Part shown: piece after piece, positions 26,834 to 41,100 of the stretch
Layout of the letters: each line of letters opens with the position of its first letter
Position numbering within the stretch: the stretch's first letter is position 1
Assembly: GCA_964057225.1 (NCBI GenBank)
Contig: OZ059894.1
Coordinates: 16,678,001-16,742,000 of the forward strand
Reading direction: 5' to 3'
Source of the DNA: Auanema rhodensis
Taxonomy: Eukaryota > Animalia > Nematoda
Length of the DNA: 64,000 bases
The notes under the pieces: generated by a model
The model's database searches: none
Told to the model about the DNA's origin: nothing
The model's input: the letters and a program-made list of their open reading frames with translations, nothing else
Program-made: the position numbers and the translations under genes

Positions 26834-29800
26834 CTCTTTCGCAGAGTAAAAGTTTTTGAAAACTTGTTCTCTTTCATTGTGAACTTCTGTTCACTCTGAC
26901 ACATGCTTTAAACTCAAACATGCAAACATTGAGCGTCTAATCTGTAAATTGCTGTTCTTAAACTTTTTTTTTCAATGAAAACATTTAAACATCCACGTCT
27001 TTATAAGAGTATTGTACTTTTCATTCAAACTTTTTGTCTTCATATAAACTGACTTTGAGAGTTTTTTATTGAAAAATATAGGAAAATCCTATAACCCGTC
27101 TACGTATACATATCTAAGTATATATAGTATATGTATGTATATATGTATTTCTTAAGAATTTTATCATTATTATTATTTCTTTAATGATATATGTATATTA
27201 TGTTCTTGTTTCTGAAAAAAATTGTTGCAAAACAAAAAGGAAAAAAGAAGATGAAGATGAAGAAAGATCTTCATATACATAAATGTTTCATACAGAACAT
27301 ATTCAGCTCATCAACATCGACATATATTATTAGAATTGAAATACTGGCCTTCCACTGGAATTAATGTTAGAAAGTCTTCTGACAACTTTTCAAATAATAA
27401 ACACATTTTTTTGTCAATTTATTCCATTTAAATAATTATTTTGGAATAAATTGAAAGTGAAGTAATACTTACGGAACACACAGTCCTATGTTGATTCGTG
27501 AAATTGGCTTAATGTAATACAACAAGTTCAGCATGAAAATGATTCAGAGATCATTATTTAAGTTTTTCAAACAACATATATTCTTCTAGTAATCCTTCAG
27601 TTTAAAATTTAAATTTCAACAAGAGTAGCAAAATGTTTTGCGACAGCTTATTCCTCACTCACTTGTGTGCTTTATCATGAATGGCCATCACACACATTTA
27701 GCATTTTTTTGCACACATTAAACAGTAATTTTTTTGAATTTTCTATGAATTTTCTTATAATTTTGAAAGTCGTTGAATAAATTAACCTTCTTATCTTAAT
27801 AATGTCCATTATTAAAATAAATTGGATATTAAAAATGACTTTAGTCCTTTCATCATAGAAATTTTAACATTTTTCTGATAACAAAATAAAAAAAATATTT
27901 TATTTCATATTAATGATACAATACTAATCGATATGATCAGATCATTAATTATTAGATGTACTACATCCTTTGATCGTTGTTACCATCAGCTTTTTCTTTT
28001 CATTTTTTCTTTTTCATTTACTTAAAACCTTCAATTTTATTATCAAAATAGTTTAAAAAAGTAATTTAATCAGTAATCGTCTTCAATCTTTGAGATATGT
28101 TATTGGATTGAACTTTTGATTCTTAAAAATACTTGAAATTTGCCTATTAACCAAATGAAACATGTGAATCATCAATTAGTAAAGATGTTTCACATGTGTA
28201 GCCAATTTATTTTAATGGATTATGAGATTCATAAACAAAAGTTTATAACTATTAAAGTTGTTTAATCGAAAAGAAAGCAAAATATAAAAACAGTAGATAT
28301 CTAGTAAGAGATCACGAAATAGCTTGTCTCATCGTTCATGTACATTTTCATTTGTATATTATTTTTAAAATCTATGTTTTAAATTTATATTTATGATACT
28401 TATTGAGTTTTTAATTAATATTTTTTTTAAATTATATAAGAATGTATACATACATACCTAAATATACATATATAATGAATATGTAAGCATAAATAATTCA
28501 TTTTTTTTTAAAATCAAAAAACAAGAAAACATATTCAGTTACAGAAGTATTTAAAATTCTAAAAAAATCTTAAATTTAATCTACTTCCATTGGTTTAAAC
28601 ATTCATGGATGTATCTCTTTCAGCTTTTTTTTATTATCTATTCCTGTTAGTTTGATTTTCTAAAACCATTCAATTCATCTCAATTCTATTATATACAATA
28701 CTCAATTTTCATTCTCTTCTCTTTTTCATTTTCAAAATTTCATTATATGCTCAGAATGTATGAATGTTTCGTTTTAGTCTAACTGATTCTTCAAACGATC
28801 CTTTTCTTCCAAATACATATACATATATGTATGTATCTATCTATATAGATAGATAGTATATACATATTTCTTACTTTTTATTTCTTTTTTTCTTTTAGAA
28901 ATCTCAAGAAAAGGTGAAAAATCGTTTATCAGGAAAACATCATCGCTCTATCATCATCAACTTCCTGATCCAATTTTTCTATTTTTTCCTCCCATCACTA
29001 TATCAATCTAACTTTTTTTCTCTTTTTTTTTCGAATATGTATCTTTCAAATTAATTTTTTAAACAAGCACTACAAGTAACTTCCATTTTCGGAATACATC
29101 AAACTACTTAACTGTAAATAATTTAATTTGTCTGCTCAAAAGAATAGAATTTTGCAATACATTTTGTATTTTAGATGTCACATTAGTAGCTTTTCAAATT
29201 CTCAAAATTATGAAACAGAGGACACTTCATTTGAAAAAAAGACCTTTTTTTCTAATTTCTGGTGCAAAACAGAAAATTACTGATTGAGAAAACAAACATT
29301 TGTTATCTCTTCAGAATTTTTCATAACGTAATATCAAGCATGGCTTGAAATTTCAATTCTTCCGCTGTCTCTGCTTTTGCTGAAAATTATACTGCAAAAC
29401 CATATGTTACATATTATTTTTTCAACTTTTATATTATAAATATAATATAAGATTGTACTTCTATATATAGTTTATAGTATAAACAATAGTTTCTAAAAAT
29501 ACTTGTTTATCATACTTTTAACCTTCACTAGTGCCATCTCCTTCATAATTAATAGAAGTATCTTTTAAGATATCGTGATATGAAAACACAATTCTATATA
29601 CTTCCTTATCCAAAATATTTATAAATATTTCATAAAAATCTATATTTAAATAATTATTATAGTTATAATATTAAATTTTTATTATTTTGAGCTAAAAACC
29701 TTATTGAAACACACGTGGCATCCAGCCACATTGTTTCAAACATATCTTAAGCATAATAGTTCTTTGGGGATCAATTCATCAGTTGATGTAACCAAGAAAA

Positions 29801-32800
29801 CACAAACATTGATGAATATTCCATAAAAAGATAGATTTTTTCTTATTCTCAAATGACACTTATAGCAAATGATGTATCATTAATTTCTTTGAAACTTTTT
29901 ATTTTAAGGTTTGAAATGCTCAAATCTCAATATGCTTCTGTGTTATTTCCATGAACCTCGTGACATGCATAGGTCATAAATGAAGTTTCTCTAACATTAA
30001 CCGAAAAGAAACGTCATGAATGTTCATCGGAAATGTATGAAAATGAATAAAAAGATCATTTTCTAAATAAGACATTAACTAAAGATTTTATCTTTTTTTT
30101 TGTTGTTAACAGTTAATATATTTATATATAACAACATTATAATAATCATATCTTATATTATAAATCTTTTATTTCATATAAATTACTTTTTTTTCTTTCA
30201 CTATAAGTCTTCTGCACTATTTAATTCCATTTTTTTAAATCTTCAATAAAATGATTTATTACTTGAATTACTGAAGAAACATGTTTCTGAATCTTTTTAA
30301 AGAATTTTCAATGTTAAATCCCTCAAGAAATGTTTCATAGACGTAGAGACCACGTTAGATGCTTTTAAGACTGATACGCTGCGATTTTGGTGCTCAACAA
30401 AAGCATTTTGATCTTAAACAATCAAAAATTAAACGGAAAAGAGAGAGAGCATCCTCCGTCGTTTTATACTTGAAAGAAGGTTCAATACTTTATGTTATTT
30501 CAATCAATTTTCCTTTTTTTATTTTAGGAAAATGATATAAAATGAAAGGAAATAGAGACAATTAGTAAAGTAACATTCAGTTTATGAGCAAAATTTTATC
30601 TTGTCGCAGATTTGATTTGTAAGGCTTATATTCATTTTAACCTAAATAAATAAAAGAAAAAACATGTAACCATTTACTTATGGAGTTACTTGCATGAAGC
30701 ACAGATTACATACTCAAGATGAAAACATTTCAAAAAACATCGCTGAGAATCAAATGCACCGGGACACTTCAACATAGCCTAATGGTTACCCTATTGTCTC
30801 TGAACCATCCGCCTCAACATTTTCAACAGTGTATTGTTTTAGATATCTTGCTCGTTTAAGCGTTATTCCTAGAATATTGCAACAAATGCTTCTTGTCTTA
30901 TTTGAAATTCAAAATTTCGCAATTGCACGTGGTATTTACGTGACAAGATCTACATCTAGAGCTCTTGCTTGTTGCTCATGTAGAACGAACGGTAGTTCAT
31001 TTTATCGCTTTTCAGCTCATCATCATTTTTCATCGTTGCTCCTCGTTCTCGTCCTTGTTGCTTGCTTCAGGCCTTTGCTCAATTGAATCCCCCCTTGAAC
31101 TTTTTTCGAATGTATTGTCATCCATTGACTATTTTAAAATCTTTATTTATATCTTCTTATGCTTTTATTTTCTGTCTTTTGATCAGGATATTTTTCATCA
31201 AAGCAAAGCAAAAAAAATATCTTATATCTTTATTCTGTAATTTATATTTAGAATCTTTTTTTCTTTAATACTAAATTACCATCAGTATATTGTTTCAAAG
31301 ATATTTTAATACTTATTCCTAATTTTTCTATAATCATCATCCTCATCATTATCATTCTTTGAGATTATCTTATTCTCTTTATGTCTTTTTAAATTTATAT
31401 AAATCATATACATCTATATATTATATTAATTCAAAATTTTTAGTTAAAATGTATGTTCAAAACTCTTTTACTAGCCTTGTTTTCTATTTTAAATCACTTC
31501 CCTTCTCTCTCTCTCTTTCTTAGACAATGTTAACCAGCATTTTCAACTACCTCTTCAACTTGCCAATTTCCTTGGCTAGTTCAATCTCGTCTTCTTCGCC
31601 ATTTACAATACTTGTTGCTGCACAATCTTTGCTCGTAGAGCTTTAATAAGAAGAATGCTGATTTTTCAAATGTTTAACTGAATTCTTCGTGACTTTCTTC
31701 ATTTTAATTGAAATTATTCACATTATCACTTTATTTATAGGGTATTCAACCAAAAATATAAACATCATCCTTTTTTTGAACGTTCATTGATGAAAAAATT
31801 AAATTTTTCTTTGCAAAATTAGAAGCTTTTACCAAGTTATTCTTTGATCAACTTGTATCTGATTGTCTTCTTTATTATTTTTTCTTTCTTTTTTGCAGTT
31901 ACATCTAAGCTTACTCTGATTAACATCCCACAAAAGAAGGCATAAATACTTTTTCCTCCTACTGTTTTTCTAAGAATTATTAAGTTTTTTCTGTAAAAAA
32001 TCAAATTAAATTGGAGTTTTATCTAAAGAACGTGCACTTTTATTCTTTTAATGACCTTTATATATACATATAGCATATATAAATATATATATATAGTTAG
32101 ATCTATTTCTTAAACTAACAAATTGTTTTTAAAAATTGAAAATTTTTTATCCCTGGTGGATGAAAAATCTGTGATTGAGTGTGTGTATGTGTGTGTGTGT
32201 GTGTATAAACGTTTTCAATGCAAGAGTATAGAGAGAGAAAGAGACAGGAAAAGGTTATGAAAAGGGTGAAAAAGAAGAAACTAATCACTGAAATTCATTT
32301 CTCTGGTTTCTTTAATTCTTATATTCGCTTACCCAGATTTCATTATGTATTCTTTTTATCGTTTAACTCAAATCTTTAATCCTCTTCTATATTTTCTTAA
32401 CATCATGTCTTATAAATCAATTCATATACCTTATTTTCATTTTAACTTCTTTAAGTTTTATCTTTTGGTTTGTTGAAGAAATACTATCAATTTTGAGTGA
32501 ATTAAAGAGAATCTCTTTGAATATTCATCCAAAAAATTCACATTCGTGTTCAAAAGACTGAATTTTTCATTTTGAACATTTTTTTTTAGCTTTTTTAGTT
32601 TTCCACGTGTGATACACTATATATATAAATAAATATATAGATATATATAGATATATGTACATAGATATACATATGAATGTATGTATATCCAGTAATCATC
32701 TGGAATAGCTTGATCAAAAATCTTCTGTCATCTCCCATTTTCTATATTCTCATATTTAATCCTACGAAAAAGCTTCGGCTACAAACAGCACTTCTTTGAA

Positions 32801-35800
32801 ATGTCCTGTCTTATATGGTCATGAATTGCTTAAACTTATTATAACCATCTTCTTAGCAATTCAAGAATAGCATGGGATGTTCTCACTCAAAAGCATCCTA
32901 AACATCTTGATAGCAAGCGAGCAATTCTTCTCGAAATTTGAAGTTTTCAGATAAAGTTCTTTGTTATGCTGCTAGCATTCTACATCAAATCGGATCTGGA
33001 CATTTTCGTAAAATATTCTTCTCACAAATTCCATGTGGTTTAAAACATTTTTTCAAGGATTATCCTAATTACTTCTTCTCGACTCTCAGACAGAAAAAAT
33101 GTTATAAATGAAGATGCCATTCTTTTTGATCCTTGCAATGAGTTATACATATTTTTCTTGAACACTTATAGAAAAGATATTGTCTGTCTGAAAAAGGATA
33201 AACTTCGTTATTGCTTCTGATGAGCTGCGCACACGCATTCAACTCCAATCTTTCAATTATGTGATTCACTTCTTCCAATTTCGTTGTCTTCATGGAAAAT
33301 ATGGGAAAAACAAAGTTTTTTCTTCGTTTTTAAACTTATGTGTTCATAGTGATTTGTAGCTGAGACCTATCGTCTCCCCATTTTTCATTCCGTCATAGAA
33401 AAGCAACCGAGAAATAGTAGTGCTTAAGCCACCTTATGTATAAAAAACCGTTGATTCTAAATTTAATGCTACTATGATCTCTCTCTCCCTCTCTCTCTCT
33501 TTCTCTCTCTCTCAACTTATAACAATTTAAATAGAAGCTATCGGAGGTGGCATGAACTTTCGCGTCGATCTCATTAAAGGCTTTAAACAAAAGATATGAA
33601 ATTTCTTGCAAATCTTTCAATTACTGTATTTCTTTCGTTGCACACGTTTCTCCTAATAAATTCACTTTCTAAATCAATTTTTTTTATTTATAATCTTTAT
33701 TTATTTATTTTTTTTCTATTTTTTCTCTTTATTCAGTCAGAAAAATATTTTTTTTACTATTCAAAATCTAAAGAAAATAAGAAACAAAAAAAAATCTGCT
33801 GAGCTTGTTGAGACAGGCCAAATCTATTTTTACTTTTTTTCTTGCTGATGGGCAGCTTCATGCATTTCAAATGGATCATTGTCACTGACCATTTGAATTA
33901 CTTGGAGAATTTGTCATAGTATAATATTAAAACTAACTTTGCTATTTACACGAATTTCTAAATTTAATTCAATTGTTTTGCCATACAAAACAATTTTCAA
34001 ATTTTTAATGATGCCCCCAAAAGGTAAGGACTTGTAGTCTCAAATATTATATATTCATATATGATTTATCCATTGAATAATATTAGAAAATTAATTATAT
34101 ACATAAGTATGAATATAAGTAGTTTAATAGTGTTCTTGGTAACATTTTTGAATGAAAAAAAAATAAAATTTTAACACTTCATTCAGTAACTATATGCATA
34201 ATAATTCATGTTTTGATTAGATTAATACACTCAAGTTGATTACAATTCCAAAATTACAATGATATGCTAATTATCTTGACAAATATTGCCAATTCACGTC
34301 AATCACGTATGTACTTACGTCACGTAATTTTCATTTTTTCTTTTTGAAGCAGTTAAAGCACGGTTGCATATCCGTTTGTTAAGATGACTAATATCAGAGG
34401 AAAACAAGAAATGGAAATGAAATAGAATATCACTTGAATTACAAGATTTTCAAAAAAAAATTTAAATATTTGGATTTTGTTTGTAATATTGAAAATCAGC
34501 ATCAAGCATAACCAACAAAAAAAAAGATATTTTTCTCTTTTAAAGTCAACTACTTGTTTTCTTTTTTTTGAAAGACGTTTATTTGAAATATTTTAAACAA
34601 AATGGATAAAATATAAATTGCATTGGCAATTGAAAGTATTAATCTATTAAGGTAAAACATTTATGCGAACTAAAACAACTTTTAAATTGGCTTTCACAAC
34701 TTGTACTTGAAATCTGCGTCCTCTGTATGTAACAAGCCTACTGACTAGATGGACGATAGATTTATTTCAACTAAATTACGTGAAGATAAAATAACTTTTT
34801 TTTTTCTATCTCATAAAAACATTTGTTTATACAAATATATTATATTATATTATTATTTTCATTATTTCTTCATATATAGTATAGAGTAACTATACGTTTT
34901 ATTCACTTATAATAAACATTAATCTTACTTTAAATATCAAAAATCATATATATGATCAAACTATTAATAATTTGAATTTTTAATATATTTCAATAAAGTT
35001 AAATGAATATTTTAAAATTGCAACATCTATATGATTTCATATTGTTTTTGTCTTCCGCCTCCAACATTCACACCATTCTTCAAATCAATTTACCTTAGTT
35101 GGACTTTTCACCTCAAATACTATTAATTTCATAAATTCAATTGTAACTTTTTGTAGTATTGCTTATTTCAATTCAACTTAGTTTTCTTTCAGTTCGTATA
35201 TACTTCCGCCATGTTTTTTTTTTCTCATTTCGTATATCCGAGATTTATCAACAAACAAATAGTATCTTATTCTTGCTCGAATTAGAGAACTATTCTGTTT
35301 GAAATTCTATAATATTTGTGATTTAAACTCAAAACATCAGCAAATTTTTGAGGCATATACTTGAGTGCATCGTTCATACAAAGCTAAAATGAAGATAAAA
35401 AAGTTTTCTTATATACTTTTTCTCCATTTTGTTCTTCATACTTTGAATTTTTTCAAGGCATCTTCCTTTATATTTGCGATATACTGAAGTCACACATGCG
35501 TATAGCCCCTGTTTCATCCTATTGTGGCAAATTTCTTTTCAATTGAAAACAACTGCAAATAGCGTATTTTCTATCATTTTTTCGTAATTGTCGTCATATA
35601 ATATTATACAATTTCAAGATATAAACTTTCCTGGCTTTTTCTAAAATTTTTTCTCTCTCCCTCTTCTTTAATAATCTCTCTAAATTGAGTGTGCCCGAGG
35701 CATCGTTAGGCAGGTCATGCTTGAGAGCCTCAATTGCATTTTTCTGAGAGGACCACCAAAGCTGTATGAAAAAAAAAACTTTTTTTTATGTCCCAATGTT

Positions 35801-38122
35801 TTAGTTTAACACTTGTATGTAACAATTAAAATAAAACATTGAGAAAGAACTAAAATGAATTTTAGTTGAAATGAAACTTTTTTTTCAGAAGATTTTCTTT
35901 ATCCTTATAGTACAGTTATCAAAAATTGAACTTTGTATTCTTTTTTATTTTGAAAAAAAAAACCTTTCATCTCTTAAGTCTCTGAAATAGAATGAAAATA
36001 TTTGGATTCTAATGAACTTTTAATAAAAAATTAAAGATTACTTCTCATTCTGCTTCTAATGTTTAGATCAAATTCTTTTCTTGGTGACGTAATCGGATCA
36101 TTTCGTATATACTGTTTCAATTACACCCATGCTCATGTCTCAACATGTATATATTTCAAAAAATAAATTCTATTATTTCGTTTGCTCTTCAACTTCAAAT
36201 AATCTTAAAGCTTGTAAGCTTTCATAACAACTCAGAAATTTAAGGAAATAAAATAGTTCTATAAGTTTAAGTATTAGTATAGATAAATGATTTTTCTTTT
36301 TCTTTTTAGACTTTATGTACTCGGAAGAAATATTTTTTAACTGTTTTTTCCTGCAATTGTCTGAATTCAATGATTGAACAATGTTTCAAAGCTTCATAAC
36401 CGATGGCTATTCTTATTCAGAATGTCTTTCCTTAACTAGAAATGAAGGATCCGCCTACTTCATATTGTATTTCTCTCTCTCACTCTCTCTCTCTCTTTCT
36501 CTTTCTTCTATTAACTTTTTTGTTCTTTTGGTTCATATCTATTTCTCATTTCAATATACGTATATCCTTTTCTTCCTTTTTCTTTTTTCCTCTATATCTC
36601 GTTTAGTCCCTCCCATTGTATCTATACCCCCCTCTCTCTCTCTCTCTGTCTCTCGGAAACTCTCTCTCTCTTTCTCTCTCTTTCTATTCTTCCATATCAA
36701 TCCTTGAAGTTTGCCTTAGTTCATAGTTTTACGCATCTGAAGATTTGTTTGACTACCAGAACCAAAAATTACTTTTAATCGCTACTTTATATTACTACCT
36801 TTTTTTTTAGAATCTAGTGAACTTTTTAAAATTTTAAAGTACAATCATGTGACAATAGCATTTTGAACTTAAACACGTTTTATTATAATCCAACCATATT
36901 TTAAATTAAAATATCTGCTAATACCTGAGTTGAAATTTGATGTCTATTTCACGAACGTTGAACCTTAACGTGCTTGAAGTATCAAGCTATTTCTATGCAA
37001 GTAATACGTCGATCCGGTTGGTTTCTCATATGAAATGTTCCTTGTACCTTATTTCTACTTATTCGCGGTTTATTTTGGCTCACATTAACATCAATAGTAC
37101 TTATAATCATTAGTGTCTCTAGAACTTCAATTCATTGAATTGTCATCTAGCTTTTGACTGACTGTCCTTTTCGGTTCATATCTCCAGATTCTTGTCTAGC
37201 CTGAACGATTTATGTCAACTTCATCGTCAATTCGCTGTTTTCACATTACGCTGAGAGCATTATCCGTTCAACCAAAAGTCATTTATGGCAATTGTCATTA
37301 CGGGCTGCCCTGAGTATTGGGGGTGGCCGATGAGTGTCTGTGTGTATGTGTGTATATGCGGATGATTTCATCTTTCAGCTTCAACTGTCTTTTTTCTTCT
37401 TCCCACTTTCGGCACCGTTTTTAGTAGTCTTTTGAATCCGACTGACAACTAGTCAACAATGCGGAATGAGCGAGCATAAAGCTGAGAGCATGACTTAACA
37501 TTCGCGAATGATCTGAAACAGGCAGTCTCTCACCTCGAACACACATCTCCTCAATTCATCCACATGAACAACTTTTTATCGTTTTGTTCTTTTCATCCCT
37601 TAATTTCTCAGCTCATTCTGGTCTATGTTGCATTTTTCTCACATCGCTCTTTCTTATATTGCTTGTCATTCTGTCTACCTCTTTCATTTTTTCTTTTCCG
37701 AAGTGACTCTTACATCTCTGTATCTACCTCACCGTTCAATCATCATATAACTTCTTTATTTCTTGATTTTCTATTCGCTCTCAGAGCCAACATACATGTG
37801 AAGCATTCACTTTATTTCTTATCATCTACCAGCATCTTTAATTTTAATTAGAAGTAAGCCTAAAGTTCTTATGTTGATCGCATCATCCTCGAGTGGAAAT
37901 TGTTCAGTTCATGTCTTCCTTATGCAATTGTTAACTGACTTTCAACTCAAAATGCCCTCAAGCTGTAAAACACGAACATCGATAAGATGCGGCCTCATGT
38001 TCATGTGATTAACGTTGATTTTACTCCAGCAAATTTGCTTTTTCCGAATTGTTGTGAACGTTGTCCGTATTGTGATTCCAATACCATTGAATGAATCAAC
38101 GAATAGAATTCTTTTCAGATAA

Positions 38123-41100
38123 ATGACGGGACATCCAAACTTCTCCCAAATATGTTTGACCAACGTTCAACAAAGGGTTCATGGTACCGAATTGGAATAT
38201 ATGCTTCAAAGGTTTGCAATGACATCAATTGCATTCTTTCCTAAAAGAGAAAATTCAGATATGTTTATCCATGCTTGGCTGTTATCGGAATTTTTGGCAA
38301 TTTTCTAAATTTAACTGTTTTGCTTAATCGAAATATGAGAAGTCGGTATGTCATTTCAAATTATCTACAAACTTTTAAGAACTTCCTTGCATATGCATAG
38401 TGAACTATCATATGTCTGTCTTTTTAGTTTGCCATCATTTTTGAAATTAGAATTATGAGAAATCTGGATGAAAGTATTTGAGAGAGAGAGAGAGAGAGAT
38501 AAAAAAAAACAAAAAATAATCTAAGATAAACTATATTATATATAAATCAATCAAAACAATATAATATTAAGTTCTGTTTGTAATTTTATTTGAAGATTTA
38601 CAAAAAAAAGACAAAATATTATATTTAAAATAATAATTGATTTTTACATGTAAAAAAACCAAAAAAAAATTAACAAAAGACATGAATTCTAACAAACAAA
38701 AGATTTTCATAATTTACAGAAATATAAATTTTCTTGAAATCTTGTGTGAATATGAAAGATGTATATAGTTCTTTTCAAAATAACAACTAGACATGTATCT
38801 GTTATTTATTTAGTATAATATTCGTGTTTTTTATTATATTTTCAAATTATAATAAAAGTTTTTTAAGCTCAAATATCGAAGAATATATATGAAAATGAAG
38901 TTTAAAATGAGAAAATATATTTCTGTTTCAGAGCTAATAGCTTTCTGTCAGTTCTAGCCTTTGCTGACATCATATTCCTATCATTACTGTTTCCAAATAT
39001 TCTGGCTAATTATGAATTTTTTGTTTTCAACTATTATTTTCGATGGTTCTACTTTTATACGAAAGTTCATTTACTATCACTAGCAAATTGGTGCTCAGCA
39101 GTAGCTATATGGTAAGCTTATATGGTTATATCTATTTATGTATAATTATTTTTCAATTTATTATCTATTTTCTTTCTTTTCTCTCTTAGAGCGTTCTAGG
39201 AAAATTTTAAATTTCATCTCTTTTTCTCTCTCACTTTGCAAGCCAAAAAAGCAATTGAAATGTCATGTTTCGCTAAAACGAGGTTAGCTCTTTGATCGAA
39301 GCACCATTATCAGTTCGATGTATCTGACAAGATGTCAAACTTTTGATGACAAATACAATCACCATCATCAACATATCCTATTTTTCTTAGACATGTTTCT
39401 CTTCAAATTTTTGAATTTTTTATTTTGAAAAGCTTATCCGTATTTATGTTTCGCCTAGAATCTTAACGGGTCAGATGAATAAAATAGAAAAGGAGCCAAA
39501 TAAATGGCTCATTAAACGCTTTCCGACAGCAGTTTGATCCTGAAAAAGGCCTTTCATTTATACAAAACCTTCCGGGATCGAGAATTGTTGGTTGCAAATC
39601 AATTTTTAAATTTGAAACATTTCATTTTCTAATAAATTGTTGAATAAATCAAAAACAAATTTATATTTTTATGTCATCTTATCAGAAATTGAAAGACTGT
39701 CAAAACTGTCAATGCTGAATAAATGCTTGAAGTACTTGGGTTAATGCAATTTCAACCAAACACTTACTCAATAATTTTTGAAGATGTTTATTCGTTTTGA
39801 GAAAAAAAATTTTTTTTCCTTGAGAATATCTCACACAATTTTTGAAATTTAAAAAGCAACTGTTATAGTTTCAAAAAAAGAAGAATTTTTTTGTTGTTCT
39901 AAAATTCAGTTTCTATTGCTTTCTTGGTTTTGAAAGGAAAAACTGACTTTGTGCTTAATTCCAATAAAGTTTGAATTTTGTGGAAAATCATAAATCTAAA
40001 TTTATTTTTTTGATTCATTCGTCTATGTATTTATATATTTATATGTATAAATATAATTTTGAATATCAAATCTTTGAAAGTTGGTGCAACTACTAATACC
40101 AGAAGCGATGATACACAGTGACGATGACTCTGAAATGTAAAATATCTCAGTAGATATTACTTTTGATTACGAGTAAGGATTTTTATAAGATGATGACGAG
40201 AATGATGATGATGCAATTCATTTATTAAAATTTTAATTTAAAACTATACTTTTTTCAATCTTCATGAACCTAATAGTATAGTCTATTTACTTACATACAT
40301 ATTTAAAATTGAAGATTTTGTATTTGGGTTTGCAAAATCTATTTTCAAATATATATACAACATAGCTTTTATCCTCAAAGCCCTCTCGGGCAATCTAATA
40401 GTAGTTAGTCGTCGACGTCGTCATCGTCATCGTCGTCATCGTCATCGTCGCGGCGTCATCGTTGACGTAGACGTCGTCGTCCAATTGGTATAGATATCTT
40501 AATCGTTATTCACATACACATACACATATATAGAAGAATCATATTAGAATAAAGAATTATATAGAAAGGTTTTTTCATAAATATGATACAAAATCATTTA
40601 TTAATATAATCATTATTATACATTTGTTTTCAAATGTTTTTTTTTGATCGATTTTATGATGAAGGGTTAAAGCATACATTTTATTTCAATTTTTAGCTTC
40701 CAATTATTCATATCCATTCATATTTATAGCTTATTGTTTTTGTTTATATTAGTAACTAGCTTCAACACAAAAAAAAGAACTTAAAGTCATAATAACTCTT
40801 CAAATAATATTTTTTATAATAAAATAAAATATTTAATATTATTATTATTAATATTATTCTATTAAGGTGTGTCATAGCTGTTTGTGCTGATCGTCTAGTA
40901 GGTATTAGAAGTCCATTATATACCCGTAATACATGGTCTAAATGGAAACTTCCCGCATTAATAGCATCAATCGTTCTTGTATCAGGATGTGTTACCTTCT
41001 ATCAGCACGTAGAATATGAATGTCCATTACGGTAAAATAATTTTAAATATTTTATTTATTTAATAATTGAATTTAGTTTATATTGTCGTGATACACAAGT

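Noticed and set aside
28825-28866. Perfect 22-bp palindrome TATCTATCTATATAGATAGATA and similar TACATA/TATGTA dyads (for example near 47615)
   Set aside because: Built from self-complementary AT-rich microsatellite units that are common throughout the window.
35705-35711. TTAGGC nematode telomere unit
   Set aside because: Single copy; no array and no recognisable breakage or telomere-addition signature.
6022-38930. CTGTTTCA (piRNA Ruby motif) matches at about 6022, 29213, 35509, 36112, 37513 and 38923
   Set aside because: Few and scattered, and one is simply a splice acceptor; no cluster-like density.
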